Positions 23,879-32,000 of a stretch of 32,000 nt of DNA are shown in pieces. The position numbers were made by a program, and so were the translations under genes. Under the pieces are notes generated by a model that did no database searches, was not told the origin of the DNA, and saw only the letters and a program-made list of their open reading frames with translations. Each line of letters begins with the position of its first letter. Positions within the stretch are counted from its first letter, which is position 1. The DNA comes from Candidatus Saccharimonadota bacterium (lineage in GTDB: Bacteria; Bacteroidota; Bacteroidia; Cytophagales; Amoebophilaceae), in assembly GCF_936981045.1 (NCBI RefSeq), contig NZ_OW441264.1, positions 270,001-302,000 on the forward strand. Direction: 5' to 3'.

Positions 23879-25157
23879 TTTAGGCCGTTGTGATAGATTT
23901 CTATTATAATATTTTTAGGGTTGTTTAGACTGATTTTTGGTATTAAAGTGGTATTAATTTTATTATTTATTGATTTTCATGTACTTTTATTGCATTTTAG
24001 ACAGACCATTCCCCTAAAGACCTCTTAATATGATATTTGGCGACCTGTATAAGTTATAGGCTATTGCTTCGATAACGTGTTGCGTATGAGTTTTAGCAAG
24101 TCCTATGTAGCGAGCTCCTGAGCTTCGGAATCAACTTTTAATACTTCCAAATACACGTTCTACTTTATACCTGGTTTTAGCTACCAATGTATTAAACCGT
24201 TTAGCAGTAGGTGATAAAGGATTATTTCTAGTGGCTTTCTTCTGAATAGCTGATTTTAAGGCTTTATTCTTTAATAAGGTTTCATTAGGTGATCCGCTAT
24301 AGCCCTTATCTGCATATAGCCTACTACCTACTTTTAGCTCTACTTTATCCAATAAGACTTGTAAATGAGCACTATCATGACTAGATGCTTTTGTGGTACT
24401 GACTGCTAGGACTAAGCCTTCTTTACTTTCCACAAGGATGTGACGCTTATACCCATAGTAGAGATTATCTCCTTTTTTTGTCCAACTCGCTTCTGGATCT
24501 ACACCTTTTTGATAACTTTCGGCTACAGTTATAGTGCCATCTTCATGGAGATCATAGCTTTTTTTACCTTTAGGGCGCCTAGCGGTAGGCGTAATAGAGG
24601 CATCAACAACTGCACCATGTTGAACTAATACACCATGACTAGATAGTTGATCGTTAATTATTTTCAATAACCTTTCTAGGACCTGCTTCTCCGTAAGCGC
24701 AGTCCTAAACCTGCTTAATACGCTATGATCTGGAACAGAACTATCCATGGAAATACAACAAAATCTGCTGAAAGTGATACGATCATTTACTTCTTCTTCT
24801 ACTTGATAGTCACTCAGAGCATACCATGTTTGAAGCAACAGCATTTTAAATAAAAGAAGCGGGCTATAAGCTGCCTTTCCTGATAAACACAAACCTTTAG
24901 GATAATACAAGAAAAGTTCTTTTTCTATTACTTTCCAAGTAATCAGCTTATTAAGCTGATCGAAAAAAGTATGCTTACACTTACGTCGACTGGCTGAAAT
25001 ATCTGCAAAACTTAATTGATTATTTGTTTTGACGGCCATAACAATATTATTAAAAAGCTTAAGTTTAAACGATTAAAGAATCAACCTAATTTAACCATTG
25101 TATAACACTAAAAGTCACTTTTTATAACAAAGCTTAAAACTCTATTGCAACAACCTC
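23879..25157 (-). mobile_element. IS5-family insertion sequence (element 1), inserted inside the MITE
   Basis: Inverted ends: T(T)TAGGCCGTTGTGATAGATTT at ~23879, against the reverse complement of ~25137-25158 (TGAGGTTGTTGCAATAGAGTTT), about 16 of 22 matching. The MITE sequence resumes at 25158 with an apparent AAT duplication. Ends are uncertain by ~2 bp. Confidence 0.82.
24014..25039 (-). pseudogene. IS5-family DDE transposase with one in-frame TGA
   Basis: The 302-aa ORF (24131-25039) shows LSDYQVEEEVNDRITFSRF, VVDASI, YGYKRHI, YADKGY and YKVERVFGSIK. It stops at TGA 24131-24133. The same frame then continues as FRSSGARYIGLAKTHTQHVIEAIAYNLYRSPNIILRGL to a TAG at 24014-24016. The TGA sits where family members have Trp (IKxWFG). 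Confidence 0.85.
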
Positions 25158-25292
25158 AATATATATAATAAACTGATTACCAGAATTATTTGTTATTCAA
25201 CTACCTATTTAACTGTCTAATAAAACAAATTTTATAAATTTTCATTGATATTGATTATCAAATGAAAAAATAATCTAATCCCGAACTCACGT
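25158..25292 (+). mobile_element. MITE copy 2, right half
   Basis: Near-identical to 30213-30347 and ends with AATCCCGAACTCACGT. Followed by the TATTA target duplication at 25293-25297. Confidence 0.88.
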
Positions 25293-25469
25293 TATTATAG
25301 ATCAGCTCAAAAATATTAGCCAGATAGAACATTCCAGGCATAGAAGCATACCTAATTTTCTAGTCAATTTGATAGCTGGAATTACAGCTTATGGACTAAA
25401 AGAGAAAAAACTTTCTATAACTAATATATATATGACTGGTTCACAATACGTCTAATCCCGAACTGACGT
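25293..25469 (+). pseudogene. IS982-family transposase remnant, part 2, with the right terminal repeat
   Basis: After removing the MITE, the IS5 element and one TATTA copy, the frame reads ...[43 protein letters not shown]... to a TAA at 25453-25455. The element ends in TCTAATCCCGAACTGACGT at 25451-25469. Confidence 0.82.
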
Positions 25470-25679
25470 ACATACCCAAGAAATATATGCTTTCTAGGCT
25501 GTTTTTAGGTCATTTTTTAAGCTTATAAGTTCAAATCTTGTAACCATTTTCCTTAAAAATCCCATACAAATCTGTCCTATAGCCATCATCCGTAGCGAAT
25601 AGATTCTTTCGCAGAAGGTCTACAGAAAATATTCCTATAGAGGCAGAAGCAATAGAGGAATTAATGTCTAAAGGGTAAG

Positions 25680-25736
25680 AAAGAAATGTATATCATACCT
25701 TTTTGCTTGATCAAAAAGTAGCCAAAAAATCAAGCC
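25680..25736 (+). repeat. ~55-bp hairpin-containing intergenic repeat, copy 1
   Basis: AAAGAAATGTAT...TTTTTGCTTGATCAAAAAGTAGCCAAAAAATCAAGC. The stem is GCTTGAT (25705-25711) paired with ATCAAGC (25729-25735). Same orientation as, and roughly three-quarters identical to, 28566-28617. Confidence 0.55.
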
Positions 25737-26055
25737 TTATGAAAAAAGTTGTTGAAAATACACCTTACAGCTGGAAAATCAGTAGCCACCCTATGGGCTC
25801 CATGAAACTGTTTTTCTGATCAGCTGTAAGATGTGCTTTCTGATTGCAACTTTTTACAAGGGACGTTTTTTTCTTGTTTTTAGGCAGTATTGCTAAAAGG
25901 CTGAATGGATACCATTGCCATACCGCTGAATAGATACAGTAGCTTTGCTTGCATAATGGTTTAGCGTATAAATGCTATATTAAAATAAATAATCAAGATA
26001 CCAATGATTTTATTATTTCAAATTTAGGTCATGCCTAGCGTATAATAAAGTATGA

Positions 26056-28536
26056 TTAGGTATAATAAATGCGTTTTATCCTTGGGCCTATTTGCGTGAG
26101 CAATTCGTAGGAAATGGTACCTAACTGCTCCGCTAGTAGATCTATAGAGTGTGCTGCACTAAAAATAATCACTTCATCACCAAGTTTTACCGTTATACCT
26201 GTCACATCAACCATAGCCATATCCATACATACATTGCCTATAATAGGACATGCATGACCTTGAATGATTACTCTGCCTTTTCCGCAGCCAAATGATCTGC
26301 TGAAACCATCTGCATAACCTATCGGTATGGTCGCAATCGTCATAGCTTGCGTGGCTATGGCTTTTCGATCATATCCTATGCTATCGCCTTTTTGAATAGA
26401 TTTGACCTGTGAGATCGTAGTTTTAAGCGTGCTGGCTGGTAGTAGATAGGGCCGTATGGTTGGCGCAACCCCTACACCATGTAACCCAATCCCTATTCGT
26501 ACCATATCAAATTGAAACTGGGGAAAACGTAGTATACCATTGGTATTTAAAATATGTTTTAAAGGATTGATTGACAGATGTTTTTCTATATATTCCGTCA
26601 TCTGTATAAACTTTTCTACTTGCAAGCAGGTATACGAATCGTGTACATCTGTTTGTGAAGCGGCTAAATGGCTAAAGATACTCACGACATGTAGACAAGG
26701 CATGTGTTGTAGTTGCCTTATGAGCTGGTCTAGTTCTCTTTCCGTTATGCCCAAACGGTGCATGCCCGTTTCTAGTTTAAGGTGGATGGGTATAGGTTGG
26801 ATCGATCTTTCTGATATAAAAGCAGCTAGTTCATCTAATAATGCTAAACTGTATATTTCTGGCTCTAAATGGTAGTTTAGGATGGCATCAAAGTGATCGT
26901 CTGTTGGTTTCATCACCATAATTGGTAAGGTAATGCCTTTTTTGCGCAAACAAATGCCCTCATCCATATAGGCAACTCCCAGATATTCAACACTATGGCG
27001 CTGTAGTGCAGAAGCGAGTTCAAAACTACTGCTGCTACTGCCGTAGGTGGAGGCCTTGACCATAGCCATGATTTTGGTACCTACTTTTAGTTGCCTTCTA
27101 AAGTAGGAGAGGTTGTGCCTAATCGCATGCATATCTATCTCTAAAATCGTTCCATGGGTATTTTTTTCTATCGTTTGCACCACGCGTTCTAACCGAAAGC
27201 TACGTGCCCCCTTTACTAGGATGGTTTCATCTTTAAAGGATGGCTTTTCTGCTATAAATGCTTCTACGCTATTAAAAAAAATAGTTTTTGACATCGAAAA
27301 AAGGGGGCTATAGTGGCTGATAACTGGTCCAATACCAATCAATCGATCGATTGCATATTTGGCCAATAATATAGCTAGTTCCTGATAAAGATGGTGATCA
27401 GGTGTGGCACATTGGAGCATATCAGATAGAATAACCGTTTGTTTGGTGAGCTGTTGTTGTTTCATAAAATCTAATGCAATCCTTAGGCTGACTATATCAT
27501 TGGTGTAGGTGTCATCTATAATCTGACACCGATGGATGCCAGCTTTAAGGGTCATGCGCATCGGTATGGCTTTAAGCTGCAGCAGTGAACGTTGCAGTTG
27601 TGCTGGATCAAACCCATTGTCTAGTAGATAGACCAGACAATGGGTGATATTTTCTATGGAAGCACTATCTTGAAAAGGGGTTACAAAAGTATTGCTTTTG
27701 GTTGATCTAGTAATTTGTAATGTGGTTTGGTTGGCTAGTCGCTTGCAGGTAACCAGATAATCTGCTGTTGGGTTGTGAAAAGACCAATTTACCAGTACTT
27801 TTCCATATAGTTGTGCAAGGGTTAGGTCAATCAGTGGATGGTCTTTACAATAGTAAATGGTGCTACAGCTGGTAAACAATTTTAATTTCTCCTCAATCTT
27901 TTGCGTAATGTTTTGAAAGCCTTGGCTGTGCGCAGGGCCGATGTTGGTCAGTAGTCCATGGGTGGGTTGAATAAGTCGAGCCAATTTTTCCATTTCACCT
28001 GTTTGCGAAATACCTGCTTCGAAAACTCCATATTCATGGTCAGGCTGTAACAAACTTACAGCAAGTGGTACACCCACTTGAGAATTATAACTGTGTGGAT
28101 TGCTAACGGTTTTGTACTTTCTGGATAACCATTCATGCATCCACTCCTTGACAGTCGTTTTGCCATTGCTGCCTGTAATACCCAACAGCGGTAAGCGATA
28201 TTTTGATCGGTAAAAAGTAATAAATTGGTGTAACGCTTCTAATGTATCCGTTACGGCTAGAATATTTACATCGTTGTATGTTTCTATGATAGAGTAGTTG
28301 CATGAGTGGTTTACTACAAACTGGCGTATGCCTTTGTTATACGCTTCTGTTATATAATCATGACCATTGTGGTTAATACCTACCATTGCAAAAAAAAGCG
28401 GAAATGGTGTAAGGGTTTTACTCCTGCTGTCTATGCTGAGTTCTGTTATGGGCAAATTAGCTGTTTCAGCTACTACTCGGCCTGCTGTAACGGCTACTAA
28501 GTCACTAAAGTAGGCAAGGATGTGCGGGAGGTGCAT
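26056..28536 (-). CDS. murF/alr: Bifunctional UDP-MurNAc-tripeptide--D-Ala-D-Ala ligase (MurF) / alanine racemase (Alr) fusion
   Basis: 826 aa. The N-terminal half has the Mur-ligase P-loop GITGSNGKTTVKEW, GISQTGEM and IDDTYTND. The C-terminal half has a racemase-like AMVKASTYG (PLP-lysine context), IGYADGFSR, VCMDMAMVD and YELLTQIGPRIKR. Confidence 0.9.
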   Translation of the reverse strand: MHLPHILAYFSDLVAVTAGRVVAETANLPITELSIDSRSKTLTPFPLFFAMVGINHNGHDYITEAYNKGIRQFVVNHSCNYSIIETYNDVNILAVTDTLEALHQFITFYRSKYRLPLLGITGSNGKTTVKEWMHEWLSRKYKTVSNPHSYNSQVGVPLAVSLLQPDHEYGVFEAGISQTGEMEKLARLIQPTHGLLTNIGPAHSQGFQNITQKIEEKLKLFTSCSTIYYCKDHPLIDLTLAQLYGKVLVNWSFHNPTADYLVTCKRLANQTTLQITRSTKSNTFVTPFQDSASIENITHCLVYLLDNGFDPAQLQRSLLQLKAIPMRMTLKAGIHRCQIIDDTYTNDIVSLRIALDFMKQQQLTKQTVILSDMLQCATPDHHLYQELAILLAKYAIDRLIGIGPVISHYSPLFSMSKTIFFNSVEAFIAEKPSFKDETILVKGARSFRLERVVQTIEKNTHGTILEIDMHAIRHNLSYFRRQLKVGTKIMAMVKASTYGSSSSSFELASALQRHSVEYLGVAYMDEGICLRKKGITLPIMVMKPTDDHFDAILNYHLEPEIYSLALLDELAAFISERSIQPIPIHLKLETGMHRLGITERELDQLIRQLQHMPCLHVVSIFSHLAASQTDVHDSYTCLQVEKFIQMTEYIEKHLSINPLKHILNTNGILRFPQFQFDMVRIGIGLHGVGVAPTIRPYLLPASTLKTTISQVKSIQKGDSIGYDRKAIATQAMTIATIPIGYADGFSRSFGCGKGRVIIQGHACPIIGNVCMDMAMVDVTGITVKLGDEVIIFSAAHSIDLLAEQLGTISYELLTQIGPRIKRIYYT

Positions 28537-28565
28537 AGTGGACTGAATTTGGTTATGCGATACAT

Positions 28566-28617
28566 AAAGAAATGTATTCTATTTTTTGCTTGATAAAAGT
28601 AAGTAAAAAGTCAAGCG
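28566..28617 (+). repeat. ~55-bp hairpin-containing intergenic repeat, copy 2
   Basis: AAAGAAATGTATTCTATTTTTTGCTTGATAAAAGTAAGTAAAAAGTCAAGC. The stem is GCTTGA (28588-28593) paired with TCAAGC (28611-28616). Lies 30 bp upstream of the murF-alr start codon, on the opposite strand to that gene. Confidence 0.55.
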
Positions 28618-28726
28618 CTTTTGTTAAAGAACGCCTTAGCGATTTACTATTAGTGGGAGGGAAGTCATACGCCAGTATAGCGGCTAGAAACAGGCTTAAC
28701 GAAGTTTGGTAACCATTTTGGCAATG

Positions 28727-28799
28727 TGATCCCGCTGGGACTCGAACCCAGGACCCTCTCCTTAAAAGGGAGATGCTCTACCAGCTGAGCTACGAGATC
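28727..28799 (-). tRNA. tRNA-Lys (anticodon TTT)
   Basis: The reverse complement folds by hand into a 73-nt cloverleaf. Acceptor GATCTCG/CGGGATC (one T-G pair). D arm GCTC-AGCTGGTA-GAGC. Anticodon stem TCTCC/GGAGA with loop CTTTTAA. Variable loop GGGTC. T arm CTGGG-TTCGAGT-CCCAG. Discriminator A. No encoded CCA. Confidence 0.93.
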
Positions 28800-29045
28800 A
28801 ACATCAATTTGATGAATGTAAATTTATTCTATTTTTAGAGAAAATAAAAATTATGCTACTATCTGTTTAGCAAATAGTGAGGGCTTAAGAGCTTACTTCG
28901 TCAGAACTACTTTAATAATAATTTGATATTCAATAAAGTTAAGATATGAAGGCTGGTAGCAAGGGGCCACACCAACCATAGATGTCAAGTTAAGCACATT
29001 ATAAGGAATAATTTTGGTTCTGTCGCGTTTGTTTTTAAGAAGTTA

Positions 29046-29254
29046 CTAGGTGTTTAGTCCCAAAGTGTAGTGGAAAGGATTAGTATGAAATAATTCAGGC
29101 TTTTTCTCCCACTGCTTACAAATAAACTCATAAGGTGAAAGCCCCTTAAGTGTTTTAAGCCGTTTAGCGTGATTATAAGCTATAATAAAATGATAAAGAT
29201 GCGTTTTTAGATGCTCATGAGATTGATAATAGTATTTTTTCACTGTAGCATCTT
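29046..29254 (-). pseudogene. IS481-family (rve integrase) transposase, C-terminal stub only
   Basis: RTLKDATVKKYYYQSHEHLKTHLYHFIIAYNHAKRLKTLKGLSPYEFICKQWEKKPELFHTNPFHYTLGLNT matches the conserved C-terminal tail of IS481-type transposases by recall. Everything upstream is replaced by the lineage-B IS end, and the listed ORF's first residues (MTQFSEHF) are read from that IS repeat. Confidence 0.7.
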
Positions 29255-29349
29255 TAAGGGTTCGGAAGTGTTCACTAAACTGTGTCAAATCTTTAAAAAG
29301 TTATAATTTACATACTTAACAGATAAAGGTTTTAGCCATAGAAGAAACA

Positions 29350-30737
29350 ATGCATAATGACTACGTTGGCTTAGTAGATTACAAATCTCTAGAGGCAAAT
29401 ATTTTATCCTCTATCCGTTTAGGTAAGCCTTTAACAGGCAAAGGTGGTGCTTTAACGCTTCTGATAAAAAAGCTTCTAGAGGCAAGTCTAGAAGGTGAAA
29501 TGGCATACCATTTATCTAGTGATTCACGAGAAAATAATAGAAGAAATGGCAAAAGCTCTAAAACTTTTCGTACAAGCTCTGGTTCATTTGATTTAGTAAC
29601 CCCTAGGGATAGGACAGGTAGTTTCGATCTGCAAATAGTTAAAAAGCTTTAAAAAAGTTTACATCCTGAGCTGGAAACCAAGATCTTAAGCATGTTTTCT
29701 AGTGGTATGAGGTATAATTCTATAGCGTCTCATGTTAAAGAAATTTATGATCATAAAGTGCCAGCTGCTGAAATATCGGCTATTACAGATAACTTGTTAC
29801 CGGTAATAAATGAATGGCGTAACCGTCCTCTTCAATCAGTTTATCCAATAGTTTTTATGGATGGCATGTTTTTTAAGGTGAAAGAAGATGGAAAATGTGT
29901 AAGTAAATGCATGTATACCTTATTAGGCATAGATCAGGAGGGGAAAAAAGAAGTATTAGGCTTCTATTTGTCTGAAAGTGAAGGTACTAACTTCTGGCTA
30001 GGTGTACTTAACGAACTTAAGGAAAGGGGTGTAGAAGATATCCTTATTGTCTGCGTTGATGGCCTAAAAAGCTTCCCTTCAGCCATAAATACCGCTTTTC
30101 CTAATAACGTGAGTTCGGGATTTATTTGACTGATTTACAACAATTTAATATCAATTATTTAGTTAATATTTGCACCTATTTAACAAGTTTTTATATCTAA
30201 TTTTATAAATATAATATATATAATAAACTGATTACCAGAATTATTTGTTATTCAACTACCTATTTAACTGTCTAATAAAACAAATTTTATAAATTTTCAT
30301 TGATATTGATTATCAAATGAAAAAATAATCTAATCCCGAACTCACGTTAATACACAAGTTCAGGTCTGTATAGTACATCAGATACGCAACACACTCAAGT
30401 ATGTAGCTAGCAAAGATGTAAAATTTTTTTAACTGATTTAAAGCAAATATATCAAGCTTCAAGTAAGGAAGTTGCTGAACATTATCTATTGGAACTGGAA
30501 GAAAAATGGGAAAAAAAGTATCAGATGGTTACCAAATCTTGTCAAAATAATTGGGAGCATTTATCTGCTTATTTTAGGTATTCAGGTCCTGTCAGAAGGC
30601 TAATTTATACAACCAATCCCACAGAAAGCTTGCACAGGCAGATTAGACAATTTACTAAGAAAAAGGGGGCATTTACCAGTATAAATTCCTTGTATAAATT
30701 AGTATATTGTGCCATAAAAAAGATGGAAGAAAAGTGA
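29350..30737 (+). pseudogene. IS256-family transposase pseudogene (lineage B, copy 2)
   Basis: The fragments 29350-29652, 29692-30129, ~30349-30430 and 30489-30737 are collinear with the 408-aa protein at 21186-22412. They are broken by a premature TAA (KKL, stop), frame shifts, the MITE at 30107-30347, and a TGA at 30735-30737. Confidence 0.9.
30107..30347 (+). mobile_element. MITE with IS982-type ends, copy 3 (complete, best preserved)
   Basis: 241 bp with a perfect 16-bp terminal inverted repeat (ACGTGAGTTCGGGATT ... AATCCCGAACTCACGT). The 5-bp target duplication TAATA lies at 30102-30106 and 30348-30352. Removing it restores the host frame F-P-N-T-Q-V-Q-V-C of the transposase. Confidence 0.92.
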
Positions 30738-30757
30738 ACTATGCCCGTGCGAGAATG

Positions 30758-31645
30758 GGCTTTGTCCACTTAAGTGTGTAAGTTATTTTTTTGGTTTTAT
30801 TCAATTCTGTTTTCAAATTTAATTAAAAAATGTGCCATAGCCTCGCTCCAGTTATGAATAGAGGTGGTCCATTTTTTAGTCATGTAGTTAATAGTTAGAT
30901 ATAATGTTTTAAAAACAGCTAGATCGTTAGGGAACACTCTTTTATTTTTGGTAACTCTACGAAATTGGCTATTTACAGATTCCAAACATTTGTTGTGTAA
31001 ATGACCTTACGTATGGCATTAGGGTACTGTAAAAATACCATCAGATTATCCCAGTTAGCATACCAAGATTGGGCTATTTGTGGGTATTGTTGATTCCACT
31101 TAGTAGCAAAAGCTTCTAAGGCCATCAATGCTTTTTGCTCGGTAACTGCTGTATAAATTGGTTTTAAATCAGCAACTAATACCTTTCTATGTTTATAAGA
31201 AACATACTGCAAACTACCCCTAATTGCATGAACAATACAGAGCTGATGTTCCGTTTTTGGGTATACAGCAGCAATGGCCTCAGACATGCCTGACAAATTA
31301 TCTGTACATGCAATGAGCATATCGTTCATACCCCGATTTTTGAGTTCTGTTAAATTGCCTAACCAAAATTTAGCCCCTTCATTTTCACTCATCCAAAGCC
31401 CTAAAACATCCTTTATGCTAGATCTATCTATACCTAAAGCGACATAGACTGCCTTTTTGATGATGCGCTTATCTTGTCTAACTTTAACTACAAAGCAATC
31501 AAAAAAACAATAGGATAGACTGATTCTAAGGGACGATTTTGCCATATCTTAACATCTTCAACAACAGAGTCTGTGATGTTACTTATCAGGCTTTCACTTA
31601 CTTCTGCGCCATATAATTCCTGTATTTGAATCTGAATATCTGACA
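30758..31645 (-). mobile_element. IS256-family lineage A, copy 3 (defective, interrupted by IS982)
   Basis: The reverse complement is almost identical to 20247-21126 of copy 2 (only a handful of differences seen by eye). The ORF pieces 30797-30985 and 30973-31545 carry the same 1-nt frameshift as copy 2 (30979-30998) but keep CAA where copy 2 has TAA. It is cut at 31645 by the IS982 left end. Confidence 0.88.
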
Positions 31646-32000
31646 ACCTAAGTTCGGGATTAGCTTGTTAAAAAATAGCTTTAAAAAGCTCCTTTGTGTT
31701 TTAAATTTGGAGATAAAAAAATACTAACCAGATTATCCAAAGGAGCCAGTTATGAATGTAGAAAAATTAGTTGAAATATATTATGCTGTTGATGAATTTC
31801 TCATAAAGTTTATGCCGTATATGGAAAAACAACTGTTAACCAACTCTAAAAGAAAACCCACTAGAACTTGTTCATTAACTTTGAGTGAAATAATGACTGT
31901 TCTTATTGCCTTTCATGTGATTGGTTTTAGAAATTTTAAGTCTTATTATATTCATTTACAGCAATTTCATTCTAGTAAATTTGGAAAGTTAGTAAGCTAG
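31646..32000 (+). mobile_element. IS982-family insertion sequence, left part (continues beyond the window)
   Basis: The left terminal repeat ACCTAAGTTCGGGATTAG at 31646-31663 is the inverse of the right end at 25451-25469 and of the MITE ends. It is followed by an IS982-type transposase start. Confidence 0.82.
31752..32000 (+). CDS. IS982-family transposase, N-terminal 82 codons; a TAG at 31998-32000 may be a nonsense codon
   Basis: MNVEKLVEIYYAVDEFLIKF...LTLSEIMTVLIAFHVIGFRNFKSYY...FGKLVS is the usual IS982 N-terminus by recall. Family members continue after LVS with Y (SYxRF), so the TAG looks like a mutated TAT. This cannot be confirmed because the window ends here. Confidence 0.7.
   Translation: MNVEKLVEIYYAVDEFLIKFMPYMEKQLLTNSKRKPTRTCSLTLSEIMTVLIAFHVIGFRNFKSYYIHLQQFHSSKFGKLVS

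Larger units (their letters stand above)
29255..30764 (+). mobile_element. IS256-family lineage B, copy 2 (decayed, MITE-disrupted, 3'-truncated)
   Basis: The left end GGAAGTGTTCACTAAACTGTGTCA at ~29263-29286 matches the copy-1 repeat. Homology to copy 1 stops at TGGGCTTTG (30756-30764), where the lineage-A right end begins. The left limit is uncertain by ~8 bp. Confidence 0.85.

Noticed and set aside
24131-24133. TGA read as Trp (genetic-code change)
   Set aside because: carA ends at a TGA at the length expected for CarA, so TGA behaves as a stop here. A single nonsense mutation is the simpler explanation.
25531-25690. Minus-strand open frame of ~53 codons (...SVDLLRKNLFATDDGYRTDLYGIFKENGYKI, stop) that looks protein-like
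   Set aside because: It has no start codon, is bounded upstream by a TGA, and I cannot assign it to a family. It may be a gene relic but is not supportable as a feature.
25739-25819. 26-codon ORF MKKVVENTPYSWKISSHPMGSMKLFF
   Set aside because: Too short, with no recognisable similarity or signal, and it overlaps the inverted repeat reported separately.
1-32000. CRISPR arrays, rRNA genes, prophage structural genes, toxin-antitoxin pairs
   Set aside because: I found no regularly spaced short direct repeats, no rRNA-like sequence, and no ORFs with such signatures. All repeats seen are explained by NRPS module repeats or mobile elements.

Overview
AT-rich bacterial window with two parts. The heavy IS load and the MurF-Alr fusion suggest an intracellular Bacteroidota symbiont of the Amoebophilus/Cardinium type, but that is inference only.

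(1) 1-18951 is one co-directional, tightly packed block. It holds the 3' 11.4 kb of a giant NRPS, whose reading frame is already open at base 1. The visible domains are A-T-E | C-A-T-E | C-A-T-TE. It is followed by a NodU/CmcH-type carbamoyltransferase, then carA and carB. An intact IS256-family element with a perfect 8-bp target duplication sits between the NRPS stop and the carbamoyltransferase. I read the block as a gene cluster for a D-residue-containing, probably carbamoylated, peptide that carries its own carbamoyl-phosphate supply.

(2) 18929-32000 is largely an IS graveyard surrounding three ordinary genes: an elbB-like gene, a murF-alr fusion and tRNA-Lys(TTT). The mobile elements are:
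- two IS256-family lineages (A: three copies, one intact; B: two copies, one intact);
- two different IS5-family elements;
- an IS481-like stub;
- IS982-like elements;
- a ~240-bp MITE with IS982-type ends (three copies, each with a 5-bp TWWWA target duplication).

One MITE copy has replaced the last 16 codons of carB, and the displaced native tail is still readable downstream. The IS copies also form a large inverted repeat around murF-alr and tRNA-Lys. I saw no CRISPR array, rRNA or phage genes.
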